Shown here: one piece after another, positions 34,389 through 38,897 of the stretch | Numbering within the stretch: position 1 is the stretch's first letter | How the letters are laid out: each line of letters begins with the position of its first letter | DNA from: a virus | Virus record (IMG/VR): IMGVR_UViG_3300045391_000912 | Coordinates: 1 to 64,000 of that record | Reading direction: 5' to 3' (one strand) | DNA: 64,000 nt | The notes under the pieces: model-generated | Told to the model about the DNA's origin: nothing | Databases searched by the model: none | The model's input: the letters and a program-made list of their open reading frames with translations, nothing else | Made by a program: the position numbers and the translations under genes

Positions 34389-34422
34389 GGGTGCAGGGAC
34401 GCCTTGACCTCGCCCTGCACCC
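34389..34422 (-). terminator. 10-bp perfect hairpin inside the tRNA array
   Basis: GGGTGCAGGG / CCCTGCACCC, followed on the minus strand by TTGCTTATT. Either a terminator or a processing hairpin. Confidence 0.4.
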
Positions 34423-34470
34423 CCAGTGTCGGTGGCTAGTAGGTCAAGACTTCACCGTTGACACTGTTTG

Positions 34471-34545
34471 CTGCCGCCCCAGGGCTCGAACCTGGAAAGC
34501 TCCTGATTCAGAGTCAGGCGGGTCTGCCAGTTCCCCCATGCGGCA
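34471..34545 (-). tRNA. tRNA-Gln (CTG)
   Basis: Acceptor TGCCGCA/GGCGGCA (one mismatch), T arm CCAGG-TTCGAGC-CCTGG, anticodon loop CTCTGAA. Confidence 0.65.
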
Positions 34546-34558
34546 TTGATCTTGAACG

Positions 34559-34630
34559 TACTCCATACCGGATTTGAACCGGTACCCTCCTGATCGAGAG
34601 TCAGGCGTTCTGCCGTTGAACTAATGGAGC
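34559..34630 (-). tRNA. tRNA-Glu (CTC)
   Basis: Acceptor GCTCCAT/ATGGAGT, T arm ACCGG-TTCAAAT-CCGGT, anticodon loop CTCTCGA. Confidence 0.7.
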
Positions 34631-34631
34631 T

Positions 34632-34703
34632 TGGAGGCGATGACCGGGCTTGATCCGGTGTGCGTCAGCTTTGCAGGCCGCGCCGACACCTTGTCGCATC
34701 GCC
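34632..34703 (-). tRNA. tRNA-Cys (GCA)
   Basis: Acceptor GGCGATG/CATCGCC, T arm ACCGG-ATCAAGC-CCGGT, anticodon loop CTGCAAA. CCA is encoded. The D loop is very short. Confidence 0.55.
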
Positions 34704-34704
34704 T

Positions 34705-34778
34705 TGGTACCCCCGGTAGGAATCGAACCCACGTCTCAGGATTAAAAGTCCCGAGCTAAACCACTCAGCTACGGAGGC
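34705..34778 (-). tRNA. tRNA-Lys (TTT)
   Basis: Acceptor GCCTCCG/CGGGGGT, T arm GTGGG-TTCGATT-CCTAC, anticodon loop CTTTTAA. CCA is encoded. Confidence 0.75.
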
Positions 34779-34779
34779 T

Positions 34780-34855
34780 TGGTGCTCACGGAGAGAGTTG
34801 AACTCACACTGGCCGGGGTTTGAATCCGGTGCCTCTGCCGTTGGGCTACGTGAGC
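34780..34855 (-). tRNA. tRNA with Leu anticodon CAA but a short (5-nt) variable region
   Basis: Acceptor GCTCACG/CGTGAGC, T arm GTGAG-TTCAACT-CTCTC, anticodon loop TTCAAAC. A73 and CCA are encoded. Confidence 0.55.
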
Positions 34856-34861
34856 AAGAAG

Positions 34862-34944
34862 TCCCGCGCCGAGGAGTCGAACCTCGTGCCCCTAAGGGTG
34901 CTGGTTTACAGCCAGCCGGATGCGTCCACACGCCCACGCTCGGG
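34862..34944 (-). tRNA. tRNA-Tyr (GTA), long variable arm
   Basis: Anticodon arm GCTGG-CTGTAAA-CCAGC, T arm CGAGG-TTCGACT-CCTCG, acceptor CCCGAGC/GCGCGGG (one mismatch). Confidence 0.65.
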
Positions 34945-34998
34945 TTTGGGTCCACGCTTTTAGTTGGGAGCAGAGCCCGGACGCAGTAACTGCTCAGA

Positions 34999-35080
34999 GG
35001 CGGGTAAAAGAATCGAACTTTCAGGTTTCACCCTGGCCGGGGATTCGACGCCCGTTTGTGGACACACCACGCTACCCGCC
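34999..35080 (-). tRNA. tRNA-Ser (CGA), long variable arm
   Basis: Perfect acceptor GGCGGGT/ACCCGCC, T arm GAAAG-TTCGATT-CTTTT, anticodon loop GTCGAAT on a 4-bp stem. Confidence 0.55.
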
Positions 35081-35088
35081 ATTTAGAA

Positions 35089-35135
35089 GCCAGGTGGTGC
35101 TGGGATTTCGGGTCCCAAGACGCTGCACTCCTGGC
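35089..35135 (-). ncRNA. tRNA minihelix-like element (acceptor-like helix plus T-arm-like hairpin only)
   Basis: GCCAGG-A-GUGC ... GCAC-CA-CCUGGC encloses the hairpin UGGGA-CCCGAAA-UCCCA. There is no D or anticodon arm. Confidence 0.35.
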
Positions 35136-35184
35136 GACGCTACGGCATACACTCCCCCGTCTAAGGGCCGTCCGTAACGCGATG

Positions 35185-35267
35185 CGGAAAGCCGAGGTCC
35201 CGACCCCCAGGGTGTTACCCCCGTACGCGCTAGCAACGCGCCCCTGTCCCCGACAGGTTGACCTTCC
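35185..35267 (-). tRNA. tRNA-Ser (GCT), long variable arm, non-canonical T loop
   Basis: Acceptor GGAAGGT/GCTTTCC, anticodon arm GCGCG-TTGCTAG-CGCGT, variable arm GGG-TAACA-CCC, T arm TGGGG-GTCGGGA-CCTCG, G73. Confidence 0.55.
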
Positions 35268-35270
35268 CTG

Positions 35271-35344
35271 TACCACCGACCGGATTCGAACCGGTGTCTT
35301 CCGACTTGAAAGGCCGGAGGCTTAGACCACTAGCCGACGATGGC
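35271..35344 (-). tRNA. tRNA-Glu (TTC)
   Basis: Acceptor GCCATCG/CGGTGGT, T arm ACCGG-TTCGAAT-CCGGT, anticodon loop CTTTCAA. Confidence 0.7.
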
Positions 35345-35345
35345 T

Positions 35346-35440
35346 TGGTGAAGAGCTTGCCCTACTCCGACGATCTTCCTGGATGATCAGTCCAGTAGTT
35401 GCTTTCGTCGCCACCGATATCCTACCCAGGCAAGCCCCAC
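35346..35440 (-). ncRNA. 95-nt tRNA-like RNA ending in ACCA, closed by a 12-bp terminal helix, not a cloverleaf (E1)
   Basis: Sits 1 nt from each neighbouring tRNA. Terminal helix GUGGGGCUUGCC/GGCAAGCUCUUC. Internal hairpin CUGGA-CUGAUCA-UCCAG. No T arm. Confidence 0.4.
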
Positions 35441-35441
35441 G

Positions 35442-35513
35442 AGCCCCTTCGAGGAATCGAACCCCGGACCACCCGCTTACAAGGCGGAGGTTCTACCACT
35501 GAACTAAAGAGGC
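35442..35513 (-). tRNA. tRNA-Thr (TGT)
   Basis: Acceptor GCCTCTT/AAGGGGC, T arm CGGGG-TTCGATT-CCTCG, anticodon loop CTTGTAA. Confidence 0.7.
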
Positions 35514-35549
35514 AAGGTAGGCAGTATTAGAAAGCTTGCCCAGAGCTAG

Positions 35550-35622
35550 AGTCCCCACTCGGATTCGAACCGAGCCTCTCAGTTTGGAAGACTGATGTGC
35601 TATCCGCTGACACTACGGAGAC
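35550..35622 (-). tRNA. tRNA-Gly (TCC)
   Basis: Acceptor GTCTCCG/TGGGGAC, T arm CTCGG-TTCGAAT-CCGAG, anticodon loop CTTCCAA. Confidence 0.7.
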
Positions 35623-35679
35623 AGACGGTCGAGGTTTTTAGATTTTTAGCAGCAGAAACTCGACCAGAAAACTACTTCG

Positions 35680-35753
35680 TGGAGTCTAGGGGAATCGAAC
35701 CCCTCTAATCTTGCTTGCAAGGCAAGCGCCTTCCCCAGATGAGCTAAGACCCC
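35680..35753 (-). tRNA. tRNA-Ala (TGC)
   Basis: Acceptor GGGGTCT/AGACTCC with the G3:U70 identity pair, T arm AGGGG-TTCGATT-CCCCT, anticodon loop CTTGCAA. Confidence 0.8.
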
Positions 35754-35754
35754 A

Positions 35755-35831
35755 TGGGGTGGATGACCGGACTTGAACCGGCTTGGAACAGGTTCACAAC
35801 CTGCCGCCTCGACCACTTCAGCCTCATCCAC
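35755..35831 (-). tRNA. tRNA-His (GTG)
   Basis: Acceptor GTGGATG/CATCCAC, C73, CCA encoded, anticodon loop TTGTGAA. The base at -1 is U, not G. Confidence 0.7.
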
Positions 35832-35833
35832 AG

Positions 35834-35906
35834 CCGGTTAGGGAGGAGTCGAACCCCCGACGCTCGGTTCCGAAGACCGACGCTCTGTCCACTGAGCTAC
35901 TAACCG
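35834..35906 (-). tRNA. tRNA-Arg (TCG)
   Basis: Perfect acceptor CGGTTAG/CTAACCG, T arm GGGGG-TTCGACT-CCTCC, anticodon loop CTTCGGA. Confidence 0.7.
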
Positions 35907-35907
35907 A

Positions 35908-35982
35908 TGGTCGGTCCGGAGGGAGTCGAACCCCCGCGCGCCAGTTTAGGAAACTGCTGCTCTTCCTCTGAGCTACGAACCG
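35908..35982 (-). tRNA. tRNA-Arg (CCT)
   Basis: Acceptor CGGTTCG/CGGACCG, T arm GGGGG-TTCGACT-CCCTC, anticodon loop TTCCTAA. CCA is encoded. Confidence 0.65.
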
Positions 35983-35992
35983 ATCAATCACG

Positions 35993-36065
35993 CGATGACG
36001 AAGGGATTCGAACCCTCATAGCCCACCCTGACAAGGTGGTTCACTAACCGTTGTGATACGTCACC
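35993..36065 (-). tRNA. tRNA-Asp (GTC)
   Basis: Acceptor GGTGACG/CGTCATC, T arm GAGGG-TTCGAAT-CCCTT, anticodon loop TTGTCAG. Confidence 0.7.
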
Positions 36066-36075
36066 AAGACTTATG

Positions 36076-36146
36076 TACCCCCGGCTGGAATCGAACCAGC
36101 GTCTCAGGATTAAGAGTCCCGAGCTAAACCACTCAGCTACGGAGGC
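36076..36146 (-). tRNA. tRNA-Lys (CTT)
   Basis: Near-duplicate of the TTT isoacceptor. T arm GCTGG-TTCGATT-CCAGC, anticodon loop CTCTTAA. Confidence 0.75.
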
Positions 36147-36147
36147 T

Positions 36148-36225
36148 TGGTCCCCGCCCCAGGATTTGAACCTGGCACCTTCACTTCATCAGAGTGCTGC
36201 TCTACCAAGAATGAGCTAGACGGGG
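36148..36225 (-). tRNA. tRNA-Ile (GAT)
   Basis: Acceptor CCCCGTC/GGCGGGG, T arm CCAGG-TTCAAAT-CCTGG, anticodon loop CTGATGA. CCA is encoded. Confidence 0.65.
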
Positions 36226-36229
36226 AAAG

Positions 36230-36303
36230 TGCTTTCGGAGGGATTCGAACCCACACTGCCTAGTTCCTAAGACTAGTGCCTCTGCCAATTGGGCTACGAA
36301 AGC
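36230..36303 (-). tRNA. tRNA with Leu anticodon TAG but a short (5-nt) variable region
   Basis: Perfect acceptor GCTTTCG/CGAAAGC, anticodon arm CTAGT-CTTAGGA-ACTAG, T arm GTGGG-TTCGAAT-CCCTC, A73. Confidence 0.55.
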
Positions 36304-36304
36304 T

Positions 36305-36404
36305 TGGTGCGACATCATCAGTCTGCTGCGGGGCCGTGCCGACAACACACGGCTTTACGCCTTCAGTCCAGGTATCCGCAGGTCTAAGAGTCCGCAGACG
36401 TCAC
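36305..36404 (-). ncRNA. 100-nt tRNA-like RNA ending in ACCA, not a cloverleaf (E2)
   Basis: 7-bp acceptor-like helix GUGACGU/AUGUCGC plus A-CCA. Sits 1 nt from both tRNA-Phe and tRNA-Leu(TAG). Internal 6-bp hairpin GCCGUG/CACGGC. Direct repeat CUGCGGA occurs twice. No T or anticodon arm found. Confidence 0.4.
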
Positions 36405-36405
36405 G

Positions 36406-36480
36406 CCGCCACGCCTGGAGTCGAACCAGGGACCTCCGGGGTTTCAATCCGGCGCTCTTACCAAACTGAGCTACGAAGCG
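36406..36480 (-). tRNA. tRNA-Phe (GAA)
   Basis: Acceptor CGCTTCG/CGTGGCG (one mismatch), T arm CCTGG-TTCGACT-CCAGG, anticodon loop TTGAAAC. Confidence 0.6.
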
Positions 36481-36485
36481 TTGAA

Positions 36486-36578
36486 AGGCGCAGACTCGGA
36501 AGGTGAGGACTTTCGAGTTGGACCCGAGCACACAGAGCAAGACTGCCACTAATGTTTCTCAAGGTTTTGTCTGCGCCT
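36486..36578 (-). ncRNA. 93-nt structured element closed by a 10-bp helix, not a cloverleaf (E3)
   Basis: AGGCGCAGAC / GUCUGCGCCU closes the element. Inner helix CUCGG/CCGAG. Sits 2 nt after tRNA-Trp and 5 nt before tRNA-Phe. No CCA. Confidence 0.35.
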
Positions 36579-36580
36579 AG

Positions 36581-36652
36581 CACGCACTCAAGGAATCGAA
36601 CCTTGTCATCGCGGAGTTGGAAGCCGCTGCCGTCCCATTGGGCTAAGTGCGT
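36581..36652 (-). tRNA. tRNA-Trp (CCA)
   Basis: Perfect acceptor ACGCACT/AGTGCGT, T arm CAAGG-TTCGATT-CCTTG, anticodon loop TTCCAAC. Confidence 0.7.
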
Positions 36653-36658
36653 AAGTTT

Positions 36659-36735
36659 TGGTGCGGCCTTTTACCGACATGCCGAGGTCGTATATCGCGT
36701 TAACGGCGGGTGCTCTTCCACTGAGCTACCGGGGT
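36659..36735 (-). pseudogene. degenerate tRNA: intact 5' half joined to an unrelated 3' part that ends in ACCA
   Basis: Reads ACCCCGG-TA-GCTC-AGTGGAA-GAGC-A-CCCGC-CGTTAAC..., but no matching T arm or 3' acceptor strand follows. Confidence 0.45.
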
Positions 36736-36756
36736 GTATGGGCGCCTTATAACACT

Positions 36757-36790
36757 CACCCGTGTGGGATTCGAACCCACGGCCTCCCGC
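36757..36790 (-). pseudogene. tRNA 3'-half fragment
   Basis: Reads GCGGG-AGGCC-GTGGG-TTCGAAT-CCCAC-ACGGGTG. It starts at the 3' strand of the anticodon stem and lies directly after tRNA-Val. Confidence 0.55.
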
Positions 36791-36794
36791 CTCG

Positions 36795-36866
36795 TACCCC
36801 CAGATGGATTCGAACCACCGGCCCGCTGTTTGTAGGACAGCCGCTCTCCCGCTGAGCTATAGGGGT
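36795..36866 (-). tRNA. tRNA-Val (TAC)
   Basis: Acceptor ACCCCTA/TGGGGGT, T arm GGTGG-TTCGAAT-CCATC, anticodon arm GCTGT-CCTACAA-ACAGC (C rather than U at position 33). Confidence 0.6.
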
Positions 36867-36911
36867 ATAAAAGTCCCGCTCTACCAGCCATTACGCCTCG
36901 AACGGGACTAG
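36867..36911 (-). pseudogene. scrambled tRNA remnant
   Basis: 7-bp stem AGTCCCG/CGGGACT. Contains a D-arm-like TGGTAGAGC and an anticodon-stem-like GGGACTTTTA fused to the start of tRNA-Val. Confidence 0.4.
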
Positions 36912-36984
36912 CTGGTCTGGCAGGGTTCGAACCTACACCTGACTCCTTAACAGGGAGCAGCTCTGCCAATTGAGCTACAGACCA
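36912..36984 (-). tRNA. tRNA-Asn (GTT)
   Basis: Perfect acceptor TGGTCTG/CAGACCA, T arm GTAGG-TTCGAAC-CCTGC, anticodon loop CTGTTAA. Confidence 0.7.
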
Positions 36985-37035
36985 AAGATCACTGTGGAGT
37001 TTTCACTGCTACACGCGGCGCGTAGGACCGCAAAG

Positions 37036-37109
37036 TCGGGATAGCACGACTCGAACGTGCGGCCTCCAGCTCCCAAAGCAGGCGCTCTAACCAACTGAGC
37101 TACATCCCG
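37036..37109 (-). tRNA. tRNA-Pro (TGG)
   Basis: Acceptor CGGGATG/TATCCCG, T arm GCACG-TTCGAGT-CGTGC, anticodon loop TTTGGGA. Confidence 0.65.
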
Positions 37110-37179
37110 ATGTATGGAGTTATGTGCCCCTGGATCGGTGACTCCGTTGCGACCGGACCGCCAGGGGCAGATGGAACGA

Positions 37180-37210
37180 TACACCTACCCCCGACGGACC
37201 TGTCAACCCC
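37180..37210 (-). promoter_or_regulatory. putative promoter of the tRNA array
   Basis: Minus strand GGGGTTGACA (37210-37201), with TATCGT 19 nt downstream. Followed by an 8-bp hairpin (37136-37179) and then the first tRNA. Confidence 0.4.
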
Positions 37211-37213
37211 TAA

Positions 37214-37822
37214 TTACTGTGAAGCGTTGCCGCTCTCGGAGCTGGAAGCGTCCCCGGCGTCCTGACCAGCGGGTGCGGGCACGTCGCTGCTGGTGTCAGG
37301 GGCCTGGTCGGCTCCACTGTCGCTCTCGTCCGGGAAGTGAGTCACCGGAAGCGGGTCCGCGCCTGCGACCGGGAAGGTCTGCGGGTCACCCGAGTTAACG
37401 GGCTCACCATCGGCGGGAGGCTCTGTCGACTCAACCTCGGGGTACTTGTTGGCCACGGCCCGAAGCTTCTCGCTGTGGGCCCGGATCTTGTCGGCGACAG
37501 ACTGGTCTCGACCCTTGAGCTGCGAGGCCAGATCGTCAAGATCCTGAGCGATCTCGTTGGTGATCTGGTCTGCCTCGGCCAGAGCGTCATCTACGGCGGA
37601 CATATGTTCCTCCATGTTGGTGATCGAGTCCCAGATGGGACGGTTTGCTGCCTGGATCGCGCGGCCCACCAGATCCTTGACGTACCTGCGGCTCACCAGC
37701 ACGAAGCTGTCAAACCACTCGGGGGATAGAGGATCCGCGCACTGGGCTTCGTACCTGAGTTCGTCCAGGTGCCAACCCAATGGGTCGTTGGGATCTCCGT
37801 GAGACCAGCGGTTCTCTGCCAC
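37214..37822 (-). CDS. hypothetical protein with an acidic disordered C-terminus (202 aa)
   Basis: ORF track. GTG start. Confidence 0.65.
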   Translation of the reverse strand: MAENRWSHGDPNDPLGWHLDELRYEAQCADPLSPEWFDSFVLVSRRYVKDLVGRAIQAANRPIWDSITNMEEHMSAVDDALAEADQITNEIAQDLDDLASQLKGRDQSVADKIRAHSEKLRAVANKYPEVESTEPPADGEPVNSGDPQTFPVAGADPLPVTHFPDESDSGADQAPDTSSDVPAPAGQDAGDASSSESGNASQ

Positions 37823-37851
37823 AGGCTTAGCGTACCCACTAAGTAAGATCC

Positions 37852-38364
37852 TTAGGCTTGCAGACGGCAGTTGCTTGCCTGCGGAACCGGGTTGTTCTGC
37901 TGGGCTTCCGCCAAGTTCCGAAGTGTCTCGTAGTAACGCGCCCGAGCAGCGTTGATCTGCTCCGGTGTGGAGGTCGGATCATTACGCACAGCACCGTAAG
38001 CAAGCGTCGCGGTCGTCCACTGGCTAGACGCCGCCGACCGAATCGCGGTAGCCCGGTTCACCGTGTCGTTGAAGGCCGTTTGGCACGCTACGAAGTTCTC
38101 CAAGCGAACGGAGGTCTTGTGGGTCCCCCAAGCGACCCCAGCCAGAGCTAGCAACACCAGGCCGACGGCCGCGAGGGCCACCTTGAAGCGAGTTGCCCGC
38201 CTGCCGTATTCAGCCTTGTCGGCTTCCGCCATCTTCCTGAAGTCCGCGAATTCATCGAGGATGTCGTCCAGCCGTTGAAGCAGGAGGTCACGGTGGGCCT
38301 TAACGGCGTCCATTTCGTCGTGGACCTGATGGGCGTCCGGGTAGCCCTCATCCAGTTCGCTCAT
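37852..38364 (-). CDS. membrane-anchored coiled-coil protein (170 aa)
   Basis: ORF track. One central TM helix. Confidence 0.65.
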   Translation of the reverse strand: MSELDEGYPDAHQVHDEMDAVKAHRDLLLQRLDDILDEFADFRKMAEADKAEYGRRATRFKVALAAVGLVLLALAGVAWGTHKTSVRLENFVACQTAFNDTVNRATAIRSAASSQWTTATLAYGAVRNDPTSTPEQINAARARYYETLRNLAEAQQNNPVPQASNCRLQA

Positions 38365-38548
38365 CTTGGGCCCTTTCTCGGGTGGAAACCTCAGCGCGGA
38401 GCAGATCGGTGTGCACCCTGAGTTCCGCGATGAACGCCGTCATAAGGTTATCAATTTGATCAGCACGTTCCAAGATCGCCCGCTCACGATCACGTGCGGT
38501 CTTAGCTCGGACTTCATCGGTCGTCATGGCTGCCCCGAGTGATCTCAA
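38348..38548 (-). CDS. small coiled-coil protein
   Basis: ORF track. The true start may be ATG 38527. Confidence 0.5.
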   Translation of the reverse strand: MRSLGAAMTTDEVRAKTARDRERAILERADQIDNLMTAFIAELRVHTDLLRAEVSTRERAQDERTG

Positions 38549-38897
38549 GTGCCCGGCGTGTGGTGCTGGTGGCCTCGCCTAGAACTCGAAGCACCTCGGT
38601 CTGCATACGCTGCTGCTGTTCCTCCAGCTTTGTCTCATACCGAGATGCCCGCTCTTCAGCCGCTTTAACCCGATCTGTAGCCGAAGCTTCCGCGACCTTG
38701 ACCTGGTCCTTCAAGTTGCTGATCTGCTCATCCTTAGCCTTCATGGCCAGGTTGAACACCGCCCGAAGGGCCACCAAACACATGAACAAGAGTCCAACCA
38801 GTACACCAGCTTGTGTAAGGGGGCTCAACTGCTCAAGCGCGCCACTTTCCGCCGCCAGCCACACAGCGGGCACAGTGACTAGCAGCATCGTGATCAC
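38514..38897 (-). CDS. membrane protein with a coiled-coil tail (127 aa)
   Basis: ORF track. Two N-terminal TM helices. Confidence 0.65.
   Translation of the reverse strand: MITMLLVTVPAVWLAAESGALEQLSPLTQAGVLVGLLFMCLVALRAVFNLAMKAKDEQISNLKDQVKVAEASATDRVKAAEERASRYETKLEEQQQRMQTEVLRVLGEATSTTRRALEITRGSHDDR

Noticed and set aside
35346-35440. Selenocysteine or suppressor tRNA, suggested by the long acceptor-type helix in E1.
   Set aside because: There is no UCA, CUA or UUA anticodon in a U33-preceded 7-nt loop, and no T arm. The only anticodon-like loop reads GAU with C at position 37.
35623-35679. A possible extra tRNA or terminator in the AT-rich spacer before tRNA-Ala.
   Set aside because: Only a 7-bp stem (GGTCGAG/CTCGACC) with a 24-nt loop is present. 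There are no acceptor or T-arm features and no U-tail in the right place. It is left unannotated.
36305-36404. A hammerhead ribozyme in E2, suggested by the presence of CUGAUGA.
   Set aside because: I could not find the matching GAAA core or three helices around a cleavage site. The same CUGAUGA string is simply the anticodon loop of tRNA-Ile(GAT) elsewhere. A covariance-model scan is needed to settle this.
36659-36790. A functional permuted tRNA, with the 3' half placed upstream of the 5' half.
   Set aside because: The anticodon-stem strands match (CCCGC/GCGGG), but the acceptor strands pair over only 5 of 7 positions with a register shift. No bulge-helix-bulge-type processing motif is evident. 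Decay of tandem duplicates is the simpler explanation.
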